From an uncultured Candidatus Bathyarchaeia archaeon (GTDB taxonomy: Archaea; Thermoproteota; Bathyarchaeia; 40CM-2-53-6; JALHTG01): a DNA stretch of 45,116 nucleotides. The DNA lies in NCBI GenBank assembly GCA_964416035.1, contig CAYQCQ010000002.1, forward strand, positions 1-45,116. Direction: 5' to 3'. This document shows, one piece after another, positions 36,661 to 45,116 of the stretch. Each line of letters starts with the position of its first letter. Position 1 is the first letter of the stretch. Position numbers and translations under genes: made by a program. The notes under the pieces are model-generated. The model saw only the letters and a list, made by a program, of their open reading frames with translations. It was not told the DNA's origin and ran no database searches.

Positions 36661-37155
36661 CTAGACGCTAGAGCCCATATTTGGGGGTTCTGGCGGTTGG
36701 GGCGGCCATGACTCGAACGAGGTGTAGTACCATATCACAATGTCGTCATTTCGTGGAAAGAATTTGTCAGGCCCAGTTTCGCCATGAAGCCAACTCTTGG
36801 ATTGTTGGTTCCAGCGATACCAGAGCCACGCCACGGTCATGGTATTCGCTACTCCATCTATTGAGACCACAAGCACTCCGATAGGGTAGACGTCGTATTT
36901 CACTTTCGCTAACCTGACGGTCACTGATAGTAAAGAGTCGGCCGCAAGACTCAACGTATCTCTATGCTGCTTCCGGTGGATTGAGCCGTTGCCGTAGTCG
37001 GAGATCACGCTAAGTCTTACGGTTGTCGATTCAAATCGCTGCAGAGTCCGGCCGTACTGGTACCAGTAGTACAACGTGAGCAGGGATGCCAACAGGCCGC
37101 AGCACAAGAAGATGCCAGCTGCAATCTTCCAGAAATGTTTTCTATCTTGTGACAT
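36661..37155 (-). CDS. Membrane-anchored DUF4430-like protein (family often paired with ECF S components)
   Basis: 164 aa with an N-terminal TM helix. The C-terminal 'VVSIDGVAN...WLWYRWN...PRNDDIVIWYY' resembles the DUF4430 pattern. Confidence 0.55.
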   Translation of the reverse strand: MSQDRKHFWKIAAGIFLCCGLLASLLTLYYWYQYGRTLQRFESTTVRLSVISDYGNGSIHRKQHRDTLSLAADSLLSVTVRLAKVKYDVYPIGVLVVSIDGVANTMTVAWLWYRWNQQSKSWLHGETGPDKFFPRNDDIVIWYYTSFESWPPQPPEPPNMGSSV

Positions 37156-37799
37156 GAAATCTGCCTCCAGCTATCTTCTCTATGGAAGAGTCAAGCGGGC
37201 CAACTCCTAGAAAGAAGAGGATGCTATTGCTGAGTTCATGAATCAAGGCGAAGGGGATTCCAGAAATCATCACTGCAACGATCGTTTCGAGACTAGTCTC
37301 AAACCAGCTGATAGTCACTGCGCTCAAGAGGTTCGTGGCAAGATCATAGATGAAGGTCAACAGAAATCCTGCCACGGTCATCTCCCACGCCACTGCTCTG
37401 CGGTTCATGACATTGACTGAGAAAGGCCTGCCCATCATTCCTCCCACATTGCCAAACAGAGATTCGGCAGCCATGCATCCAAGCTATATGGGCAGGACGA
37501 AGCCACGTAGATTGATTGACCCATAGACCGCCCATACCAGAATGGCCACCATTCCGCCGACATACACGCCAAAGTGCAGTCCACTAACGAAGATGATGAG
37601 ATCCCATCACCTTCACGTTAGGTAGCCAGATGAGGGTGTAGTTGCTAGCTAGGCATGTCGAAACCGAGACAGCAATTACAGAAATCTCGCGGGCGTTCAA
37701 CGTCTTGGTCAATATGACGAGAATCAGACCGATGAACGCCGAGGCGACCACGAACGATACTACCACAGGCAATCCAAAGAGGCCAATTCAAAGAAACAT
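37142..37799 (-). pseudogene. ECF-transporter S-component-like integral membrane protein, disrupted
   Basis: Track ORFs 37584..37772 and 37142..37474 are pieces of one gene: '...LPNVKVMG' then a frameshift at run 37603-37605, then 'DLIIFVSGLHFGVYVGGMVAILVWAVYGSINLRGFVLPI', then TAG (37484-37486), then 'LGCMAAESLFGNVGG...'. A possible ATG at 37799 is followed by an in-frame TGA (37788-37790). Confidence 0.6.
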
Positions 37800-37849
37800 C
37801 CGCGCGCTTGTAGGCTAATTCGCCTGGACTCTCAAAAGACTCTAGAGTC

Positions 37850-38611
37850 CTATGGTGTTAGCTCCTCACCCTTCGTCAGTATGCGAGTCAGCTCTGCGTA
37901 GAGGTCAACAAGTCCTGTGTTATCCTTGGCCGATACCGGAACAGGATCAAATTCGAAGCCTGACGAGACAATCGATCGTGACAAGTCGCGGATCACGATC
38001 GAAGCCGTTTCGCCTAGTTTCATCTCGATCGCCGATTCCATGGAATCGAGGCTCTCGGATCTTGATAGTATGTCCTGCAGCTCCTCGGGGACAATGAGGT
38101 CCGTTTTTGTCAACGCGTAGACTTGGGGTAGAGCCACCCTGCTGTAGATTGCTGTAGCGATGAACATGTTCGACACGTAGTTTAGGGGATTCCGGCAAAA
38201 TGGCGCATCAAATAGGTAAAGTATGGCCTTCTCCTCGCTTCCTAAGGCTTGAGATATGAAAGGTCCACTTTCTCGAAAGGCAAACAGCTCCATCTGGCCA
38301 GGAGTATCGACCAACAGAAGATCTGTTCCGGTCTCATCTATTTCTTCTTTGATCTCCTCGATGTACTCTCCAATTAGGTCTGTGGCCATGATCAAAGCCC
38401 CGTTCGGTCCAAGGCGGTACTGTAGCATCAAGTTCTCTATGTCCACGTAGGTGCGCACGTCCACATCGGCGGTATAAGGGAGGTTTTGAGCTCCCGGATC
38501 CGCGTTAAGAACCACCACATTCTGACCGGTCAGTCTCAACCATTCCTGAAGGCTTGCCGTCAACAAAGACTTTCCAGATCCTGCCATTCCGACTACGAAG
38601 ACAACTTTCAA
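37850..38611 (-). CDS. GPN-loop GTPase
   Basis: 253 aa with P-loop 'GMAGSGKS', 'LNADPG', GPN motif 'LGPNGAL' and 'VDTPGQ'. Confidence 0.9.
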   Translation of the reverse strand: MKVVFVVGMAGSGKSLLTASLQEWLRLTGQNVVVLNADPGAQNLPYTADVDVRTYVDIENLMLQYRLGPNGALIMATDLIGEYIEEIKEEIDETGTDLLLVDTPGQMELFAFRESGPFISQALGSEEKAILYLFDAPFCRNPLNYVSNMFIATAIYSRVALPQVYALTKTDLIVPEELQDILSRSESLDSMESAIEMKLGETASIVIRDLSRSIVSSGFEFDPVPVSAKDNTGLVDLYAELTRILTKGEELTP

Positions 38612-38774
38612 CGCGACATCACCAAGATTTTCCCTCCGGGGTTGGCGAGGCTTTGGAACCCAGATTCCTCCACATCTATTCTTCAGAGTCTAGCCTGAAA
38701 CTTCATCGCTACGCCAACCATTACCGCGTACAGCTTGACAGAGTGAAAAGTCTTGCGTATTATGCATCCTGAGG

Positions 38775-39578
38775 CTACTTGGCTATTTGGCCCCTACCAG
38801 TCAAGAGGCGCCTCATCTGCGCAATCGCACCTGATACGACTCGGCGACCTTTCACGACATCATGACTTCTGTATGAGAAATCCAGTTCTATCCGAGACTC
38901 AGCCCGTCCTTCACCGCCTTGAGGGTGAGACTTAACATAGACTTCAGGATGTCGCCTCATTACGCGATCTATCAGTGGAGCAAGCTCTGACTCGAAGATC
39001 CCTCGCACCCAGACAGTCCGCGATATATATCCATCGGTTCCCGTCTTGAGTCTAATCATCGGGGCGACGTGCCTAGAGAAAATCGTACGCATTTCCTTAG
39101 GGACTCCCGGAAGACATATGACAAGGGTTTTCCGAACCTTGAGCGCCATTCCCGGAGCCGTACCCACAGGGTTGAGAAGAGGTCTCGCTCCTACTGGAAA
39201 AGCAGCCATCTTTGTTCGAAATTTCGTGAGCACAAAGCGTCGAGAGGAAAAGACCTTCTGGTATCTAGCCTTGATTTGGTTCAGAGCCTCCTTGTTGACC
39301 TTTAGTGGGAGCCTCACCGCATGAGATAGTCCCTTGATTGTGATGTCGTCGAAAGTAGGACCCAAGCCTCCTGACGTTAATAGCAAATCCGGCCCTCGTG
39401 CCAATATGCTTCTTGCCGCTTCTTGGATCTCCCTAATGTCGTCACCGACTGTTGTGACTCTGCTCACGGAGCCGCCGAGGAAGGTTATCTTTCTCGCAAG
39501 CCAAGTCGCATTCGTGTTTACAATCTTACCGACTAAAAGTTCATTTCCTACGCAAAGAAGCTCAACGCTACAGGTCAT
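38775..39578 (-). CDS. CinA-like / MoCF-biosynthesis (MoaB/MogA-fold) domain protein
   Basis: 267 aa with 'VELLCVGNELLVGKIVNTNATWLA' and 'LLLTSGGLGPTFDDIT'. Confidence 0.8.
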   Translation of the reverse strand: MTCSVELLCVGNELLVGKIVNTNATWLARKITFLGGSVSRVTTVGDDIREIQEAARSILARGPDLLLTSGGLGPTFDDITIKGLSHAVRLPLKVNKEALNQIKARYQKVFSSRRFVLTKFRTKMAAFPVGARPLLNPVGTAPGMALKVRKTLVICLPGVPKEMRTIFSRHVAPMIRLKTGTDGYISRTVWVRGIFESELAPLIDRVMRRHPEVYVKSHPQGGEGRAESRIELDFSYRSHDVVKGRRVVSGAIAQMRRLLTGRGQIAK

Positions 39579-39606
39579 TGCTGGGCATCTCAGCGAGGTG
39601 CGGCGC

Positions 39607-39822
39607 CTATTTCTTCGAAAGCCACCACTTCAGGTAGTCTTTCTGCTTTCGCTTCCGTTCCTCATCCAAACTGTCTCTTCCTTCGAACAGCTTCTCTCTT
39701 CCGACCATCAGCTCTTGGGATGTGAAGGTCATCCCACAGCTACGGCACGCATATTGTTTGAGGACGGAATCATAGGATAGGTTCCCGCCGCATTCAAGAC
39801 AGTAGTTAGGCATTATTGCCAT
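39607..39822 (-). CDS. Small zinc-ribbon protein
   Basis: 71 aa with 'CLECGG...CRSCG' followed by a K/R/E-rich tail. Confidence 0.6.
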   Translation of the reverse strand: MAIMPNYCLECGGNLSYDSVLKQYACRSCGMTFTSQELMVGREKLFEGRDSLDEERKRKQKDYLKWWLSKK

Positions 39823-39850
39823 CTGCTACCAAGACTTCTGAGGCAGGTAG

Positions 39851-41749
39851 TTAAAGGTTCTTAATGGTGCTCCCTTTCTTCGTACTTTCTATTCGAACCC
39901 GCAGCTTCGGTTCGAGCGATCTTCTGATCGCATATCCAACTGCTACCCCTACTATTAGGAAACACATGGCCCAAAATGGTACAGCGTTCGGAAAGAGGTC
40001 TATGTCGATTGCAGCCTCGTGCACGAGTATTCGGGCCTGCAGAGCCCATTCCAGAGCAGTGACGTAGTCCATCGAGAGATACTGTTTGTCCGCAAGTGCT
40101 AGGAGTTCTTCGGCTCTGGTAAGCTTCGAAAGCGCAGCAGGGTTAGTCAACTTGGTTGCTGCCACGGCCTTTACCTCAGCAATCTTAGCGGACGTCTGCA
40201 TAACGATGCCATCGGCGTGCACTCTGCGCAACGCGTCCTTGTCAAATTGGCTGAAGTTGTAGTCATAGCAGAAGTAACTCATAGCTGAAGCTACGAAGTC
40301 ATGAGTATCTCCGTACTGATGAGGATGCATGAGACCCAGCATGTGACCCACTTCGTGGATGATGAGCTGGGAGAACCCGATTCCCTTGTTCGGTTGAGGA
40401 GGATTCACGATGGCCCCTCGGTCAAATTCACTTGCCTGCGTCAAGGCGGCGACGACCATGTCCTCCTGGGCCAATCCCCAGAACGTCTCCTCAGCTGGAG
40501 ACCGTTGACTGACATCCCACTTGTAGGTGTAGCCCAAGTAAGACTTGCTGAAAGCGAAAGCGAAGACCGGTATCGTGACCTCTTTTTCATCTCGAGATAT
40601 GTTTGCAACGTAGTGACCCAGCTTAGTTTGAAGATACTTGTAGAGAGGCCTGAGGTCGACGTAACGAAAGGCCGGGTCCTTAGAGGGTTTGTAAGCCTTC
40701 GCCAATTCTCTTGCGAGATCTTGATCATCGGAACAGTTCTGGAAGGCGACAGTAACATCCAGATCGCTGTATGGAACGAGGTCCTTGTAAGATTTCTTTA
40801 TCAGTTCGGTTCTGACGGTCTTGCGTATCGGGGTTTGATCTCTCTCTTCCTTGGTTCTGTTGTCGAAAACCGTTATAGCGATTCTATACTTCTCGGAGTA
40901 TGTCGGTGCATATGTGAACTGGGGAACGGCCAGGTTCCAGACTGATTCCCATATGTAGTCGGATAAGTATTGGGTAAGCCAGGCACTTCCGTAAGGGGTG
41001 CGTATGTCGATCTCCAGCGCCGTAAGCACTGCCTGAAGAGGTGCGTCGCTTGGTGTGTTGAATGAAGGCCCTGCGCTAAGGTCTAGGAACCAAAACCTAT
41101 GATGCCCTCCCCACGCTGTCATGAACTCTCTGTTTCTGATCTGGTACTCTAGGTCAAGGTCATAATATTCAACGCTGTAATAGTGGGGCGTGAGTGATTT
41201 CTTCAACCAAGGCCGAGCTATCTGGTCATAGGTCACTGAAGGTAATTGCGTCAGATTTGCAATGAAGAATGCGTAGCCGTTAGAGGGAAAGCCTTGGTAC
41301 ATTTCTCGTTTTTCGTACAGCCAGTCTTCGACTCTGTTCGCGTCGTAGAGAACATTATCAGTCTGAGTTCCAAACCATGGATTGAGCATCTTCCTAGAAA
41401 CCTCGATCTTTCTTAGAAAACCTACCAATTCCTTCTCGAATTGCGGGGTTGCGAAGAGGAATTGGTAGCTAAGCTCGAACACTACTCCCGTGTCCTTCGG
41501 CTCTGTTAGAATCTGGTTCACTCGCCTTAATGGAATGTTCTCTTTCCAAAGCAGATAGGTTGTATTGATTGTAGATTGGTTGAAGCCGATGAAGATAATC
41601 TTGATGGCTAACGGCACATTTCTAGTAGCGACCACTGAAGGTTTGACCATTGTACCCTGTGTGCCCAAAACCTGTATCATGGCAATTGAGCCCGGACTTG
41701 TAAGAGAGATAAGCAGGACAAGAATGAGTATTCGTGTAATTCTCATCAT
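39851..41749 (-). CDS. Extracellular membrane-anchored metzincin-like zinc protease
   Basis: 'HEVGHMLGLMHPHQYG' (nt 40325-40357) plus a Met-turn-like 'SAMSY' 13 aa later resemble M10/serralysin cores. The likely start is 'MMRITRILILVLLISL' (41749); the track start is 41845. It has a C-terminal TM helix 'VPFWAMCFLIVGVAVGYAI'. About 430 aa N-terminal to the catalytic core are unrecognised. Confidence 0.65.
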   Translation of the reverse strand: MMRITRILILVLLISLTSPGSIAMIQVLGTQGTMVKPSVVATRNVPLAIKIIFIGFNQSTINTTYLLWKENIPLRRVNQILTEPKDTGVVFELSYQFLFATPQFEKELVGFLRKIEVSRKMLNPWFGTQTDNVLYDANRVEDWLYEKREMYQGFPSNGYAFFIANLTQLPSVTYDQIARPWLKKSLTPHYYSVEYYDLDLEYQIRNREFMTAWGGHHRFWFLDLSAGPSFNTPSDAPLQAVLTALEIDIRTPYGSAWLTQYLSDYIWESVWNLAVPQFTYAPTYSEKYRIAITVFDNRTKEERDQTPIRKTVRTELIKKSYKDLVPYSDLDVTVAFQNCSDDQDLARELAKAYKPSKDPAFRYVDLRPLYKYLQTKLGHYVANISRDEKEVTIPVFAFAFSKSYLGYTYKWDVSQRSPAEETFWGLAQEDMVVAALTQASEFDRGAIVNPPQPNKGIGFSQLIIHEVGHMLGLMHPHQYGDTHDFVASAMSYFCYDYNFSQFDKDALRRVHADGIVMQTSAKIAEVKAVAATKLTNPAALSKLTRAEELLALADKQYLSMDYVTALEWALQARILVHEAAIDIDLFPNAVPFWAMCFLIVGVAVGYAIRRSLEPKLRVRIESTKKGSTIKNL

Positions 41750-41853
41750 TCGTGCAACTCCTGAAAGCCACGGTCCTAAGCCCTCGGTGCACGATATAAG
41801 CCATTGCGCTATGACGATGTCACCAAGAGTAGCTGACTTACTCACAGAGTGCT

Positions 41854-43662
41854 TTACTGTTTTGCACTTGTAGGGACGTAGTAGTACTCGCCCGCCTCCT
41901 TCTGGATTCGATCTGTCTTGCTTGCAAGCTTGTTGACTCGGGGGCGTCCCGTTTCAGGGTCTCTTCGAAATGTTATGTCCATCTCTTGCAGGAACCTGTT
42001 CATTCCTTCTCTTAACGGTGAGGGCGACACCGCTATGCCATTGACTCCCGGTCGTCCAGAAAAGATCATCAATCTGTCTGCCATGAAATCCTGAATGGCT
42101 ATGTCATGTTCGACCACATAGGCGAAAGCCTCATTCTCTTCTACGACTTTACGTATCGTCTTTGCAACGGACAGTCTCTCCTCGACATCGAGGTACGCGC
42201 TCGGCTCATCTAGAAGGTATAGTTGCGCTTTCTTCGCCAAGCAAGCGGCCACCGCAACCCGTTGCAGTTCTCCTCCACTCAGATCCTTGACGTCTCTTTC
42301 CAGAAAATCTTCGAGACTCAAAGGATAGATTATTTCGTTTCTGAAATAGTCTGTATCGTATCTGTCTTCTGCGATGCTGACCAGAAGCGAGTTTACCAAG
42401 CCTTCATATTCCGCCGAGATATATTGTGGCTTGTAGCTAATGGAAAATCCGCTGAGCGCTGGAGCCATCCCCTCGTCAGGCTTCTCCAGTCCGGCAAGAA
42501 GCTTGATGAACGTAGTTTTGCCGATTCCGTTCGGGCCCACTATGCCCACTACTTCTCCTCGCTTGATGTCACCATGTTCGATCCTCAGGGAGAATCCTCG
42601 AAAGCGTTTCTCCATGGTGTCCCATTCAATTTGCCATGAGTCGGCAGGGGGAGCTTCTCTTGGAGGCTTGATGTGAAATCTGATGGCTTCAGCTCTGAAC
42701 CTCATGTTCTCGTCTGGGATGAACCCGTCAAGGAATATGTTCACACCGACTCGCACGCCGTGGTTGTGAGAAACAATTCCATAGACTCCGGGTTCTCCGT
42801 ACAGAACGCAGATTTGGTCTGATAGATAATCGAGCATCGCAAGATCATGTTCAGCCAGGATGACAATTCTTCTCTCGTCGATGAGCGATCTGATGATCTT
42901 CGCAGCTCTCATTCTCTGACCAATGTCGAGATGGCTGGATGGCTCGTCGAACACGTAGACATCAGAGTCCCTGCAGACAGCGGCAACTATTGCGACAGCC
43001 TGAAGTTCTCCTCCGCTTAGTACACCTATTTGTCGGTCAAGTATACTAGTGATCTGAAGTTCGCGAGAAACCTCTTTCAAGACTTTCCTGTCGTCAACCT
43101 TCTGCAGGATTGAGGCAACCTTTCCTTTGATCCTTTGTGATATGACGTCGACATACTGAGGCTTGTGAACGACTCTTAGGCTACCTGTGCTGAGACGCTC
43201 AAAGTAGTCTTGGAGAACAGAACCTCGATAGTGCTTCGTGATTTGCGGCCAGTCAGGCGGTGAATCAAACTTCCCTAGGTTGGGCGTTAGCCCTCCTGAA
43301 AGAATCCTTAAGACTGTAGACTTGCCAGTGCCGTTTCTGCCTATCAGACCTGTTATGATCCCTCTCTGTGGGATGGGGAGCCGATACAGCTTGAACATGT
43401 TCGCCCCATATCTGTAGCTACACTCGCCTTCGAGTTCTTCAGGCAAGTTGACTACCGTGATGCAGTCAAAAGGGCACTTCCTCACGCAGATTCCGCAGCC
43501 CGTGCAGAGGGACTCTACGATAATGGGCTTATCTAGTTCCTGTTCGAATCGAATAGCTTCGATTCTCGAACGCACGAGCGGACAGAATCTCAGGCATGGC
43601 CGGCCGCATTCTTTGGGTTTACATCTATCTCTGTCGATAACTGCAACACGGGCCATTACCAA
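41854..43662 (-). CDS. abce1: ABCE1 (RNase L inhibitor homologue; ribosome recycling ATPase)
   Basis: 602 aa with N-terminal Fe-S clusters 'CKPKECGRPCLRFCP' and 'CTGCGICVRKCP'. It has two NBDs ('GRNGTGKST', 'GPNGIGKTT') and two 'LSGGELQ' signatures. Confidence 0.95.
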   Translation of the reverse strand: MVMARVAVIDRDRCKPKECGRPCLRFCPLVRSRIEAIRFEQELDKPIIVESLCTGCGICVRKCPFDCITVVNLPEELEGECSYRYGANMFKLYRLPIPQRGIITGLIGRNGTGKSTVLRILSGGLTPNLGKFDSPPDWPQITKHYRGSVLQDYFERLSTGSLRVVHKPQYVDVISQRIKGKVASILQKVDDRKVLKEVSRELQITSILDRQIGVLSGGELQAVAIVAAVCRDSDVYVFDEPSSHLDIGQRMRAAKIIRSLIDERRIVILAEHDLAMLDYLSDQICVLYGEPGVYGIVSHNHGVRVGVNIFLDGFIPDENMRFRAEAIRFHIKPPREAPPADSWQIEWDTMEKRFRGFSLRIEHGDIKRGEVVGIVGPNGIGKTTFIKLLAGLEKPDEGMAPALSGFSISYKPQYISAEYEGLVNSLLVSIAEDRYDTDYFRNEIIYPLSLEDFLERDVKDLSGGELQRVAVAACLAKKAQLYLLDEPSAYLDVEERLSVAKTIRKVVEENEAFAYVVEHDIAIQDFMADRLMIFSGRPGVNGIAVSPSPLREGMNRFLQEMDITFRRDPETGRPRVNKLASKTDRIQKEAGEYYYVPTSAKQ

Positions 43663-43737
43663 TCACTCAGATACAGAGTGAAAAAATGATAACAATTCTC
43701 TCGGTGGGCATGCTAAGAAGATAGAGAACGGAGGAGA

Positions 43738-43857
43738 CTACCACTCTTCCTCCTCAAGCCCTTCCTCTTCGCCCCACTCCTCTTCTTCCTCAGATGGTTC
43801 TTCTTCCGGCAATGGTTGATCCTCCCAGAATTTCGGGCTGAGTCTTGCGTATGGCAT
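43738..43857 (-). CDS. Possible 39-aa hyper-acidic peptide ending in Trp
   Basis: Internal Met of track ORF 43738..43983 gives 'MPYARLSPKFWEDQPLPEEEPSEEEEEWGEEEGLEEEEW'. The longer form would overlap the peptidase 3' end. No SD or family was recognised. Confidence 0.3.
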   Translation of the reverse strand: MPYARLSPKFWEDQPLPEEEPSEEEEEWGEEEGLEEEEW

Positions 43858-43933
43858 GGTTGATTTAAGGCTTTTGGCGATAGGAAAGGACAAATGTTTC
43901 TTGAAAAGAGAGCGATAGGGATAGAGCGCAGCT

Positions 43934-44887
43934 TCAGGTTTCCAGAGGCAACACTTTGGCTTTGAGCTGGGCCTTGGGCTCATCCATCCTTTCTCTCACG
44001 TACGCCCAACACATAACTGGCGTGTTGTGGGTTGCACCGACACTTCCCTTTCTGTCTACGGCGGTCAGTCCCATCGACATACGGATCTTGCGGTTGACTA
44101 GCCTTATTGCACGATCAGTCGCGCTTTGGGCTTTCAATCGGTCTCTCATGTAGTCGCAAACAGTTTTTGCGAGAACCAATCTCATAGCTACTTCGCCAGT
44201 TCCGGTCGCCTAAGCCGCTCCGGAAGAATTATCTGCACATGTTCCACTTCCGATGAGAGGAGTGTCTCCGATCCTACCAAGAAACTTCAGGATCATTCCC
44301 CCGGTAGATGTCGCCGCTGCAGAATCGCCGGAACGGTCAAGCGCGACGGCGCCCACGGTTCCAATCGACAGAAACTCAGGCCGGCTTTTTACCAGCTCCA
44401 CGATCTTCCCATAACGAGGAGTCTCTCCTCTGAGAGAGCGCTCCTTGGCTTCTCGCCATCGCTTCATCGCTCCCTCAGTTCGAGGATCTCTCCGGTCAAC
44501 TCCGAGAAGATCGGCAAGTTTTTCCGCGCCCCATGCGCCTAGGAGAACATGATCAGTTCTTTCCATGGCCTGTCTTGCCAAGCTCACAGGATGCTTGATG
44601 TCTTTGACGAAGGTCACGACTCCTGCTCTTAGATATCGACCTTCCATAATTGAGGCATCCATCTCAATTTCGCCTGTCAAAGTTATTGTCGAGCCGTATC
44701 CCGCGTTGAACACAGGATTATCCTCCATAGAGTTCACAGCTGCCTCAACCGCATCTAATGCTGCGCCCCCTGACATCAGAATCTTGAAAACCGCCCTTGT
44801 CGCCGAGGCAACGCCTTCGAGTCCCGGCTTGATCCGATCCTCCGTCCAAGCTCCTGCGCCGCCATGCACTACCAAGACAATTGGCAT
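43934..44887 (-). pseudogene. Isoaspartyl peptidase / plant-type L-asparaginase (Ntn hydrolase) interrupted by one in-frame TAG
   Basis: Track ORFs 44210..44887 and 43934..44185 are in the same frame. The junction reads 'GSGTCADNSSGAA-TAG-ATGTGEVAMRLVLAKTV', with TAG at 44210-44212. Also present are 'VVHGGAG', 'DNPVFNAGYGS' and the autoprocessing site 'GTVGAVALD'. Confidence 0.8.
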
Positions 44888-45116
44888 TCAACGACCCTTC
44901 CGATACTGGCGGCAAATGAGCTGCCCTATTCACCTTAAAGCTTGGGGTTGCTTTCACTCTACCTAAGAACTGCGAGGGTGCGCGACAATCACGAGGATCA
45001 AAACATCGGATTGGATGAAGACGTATGGAATCTGTGAGCGTGATTTCTATTGACAAATGATAAGCTGATACATTAGTTGCTTAGTTGTAGAGAGGTGAAT
45101 CCCGTTTGATATCGAG

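Noticed and set aside
2036-42639. Many long antisense ORFs in the track (for example 2036..2392, 3226..3783, 3923..4726, 8179..8623, 14080..14613, 17228..17722, 20930..21505, 22175..22597, 24208..24744, 25204..25620, 40301..40945, 42223..42639).
   Set aside because: Each lies entirely within a longer opposite-strand gene with clear family motifs. Their translations are low-complexity (S/L/R-rich), as expected for shadow ORFs.
1-45116. Global reassignment of TAG or TGA (pyrrolysine/selenocysteine-type or code change) as the explanation for the in-frame stops.
   Set aside because: TGA terminates nadC, the glycosyltransferase, the AMMECR1 gene, the Mut7-C gene, pyrC and smc. TAG terminates radA, the NFACT gene, the CBS protein gene and the GPN GTPase gene. 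TAA terminates thiI. All of these stop at positions where the conserved proteins normally end. The interrupted codons align with ordinary small or acidic residues, not with Sec or Pyl sites. I saw no SECIS-like context.

Overview
This is a densely packed archaeal chromosomal segment, mostly encoded on the minus strand. The archaeal call rests on hallmark genes: archaeal-type RadA, archaeal-type S-adenosylmethionine synthetase, ABCE1, a GPN-loop GTPase, an NFACT/Rqc2 homologue, smc-scpA-scpB, and a cis-prenyl (UPP-type) synthase.

Core metabolism and housekeeping genes:
- thiI, nadC and pyrC.
- A two-subunit class I fumarate hydratase followed directly by a thiol:fumarate-reductase-like pair: a flavoprotein plus an SdhB-HdrB(CCG) fusion.
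- MTA phosphorylase and the beta subunit of an ADP-forming acetyl-CoA synthetase.

The most unusual part is a cell-surface island at about 23.2-32.7 kb. It contains:
- a small PEF-CTERM protein translationally coupled to a large M6-type metalloprotease;
- a second large protein built on the same repeat stalk and polytopic tail but with an unrecognised head;
- a decayed methyltransferase between the two large genes;
- an ORF whose PEF-like sorting signal is cut by an in-frame TGA;
- a membrane-anchored 7-bladed propeller.

Second theme: several genes are disrupted by frameshifts and/or in-frame stop codons, namely the reductase flavoprotein, the methyltransferase, an ECF S-component-like gene and the isoaspartyl peptidase. 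TAA, TAG and TGA all terminate conserved genes here, so there is no global recoding.

Third theme: smc and thiI have conserved N-termini that extend upstream of the first ATG/GTG/TTG. Shine-Dalgarno-like motifs are positioned for ATT/CTG (smc) and ATA (thiI).

Other points:
- An 18-bp perfect palindrome lies between a divergent HTH-CBS regulator and the SAM synthetase gene.
- By eye I found no rRNA, tRNA, CRISPR array, transposase or integrase.
- All family assignments are motif recognition by eye. No database search was run.
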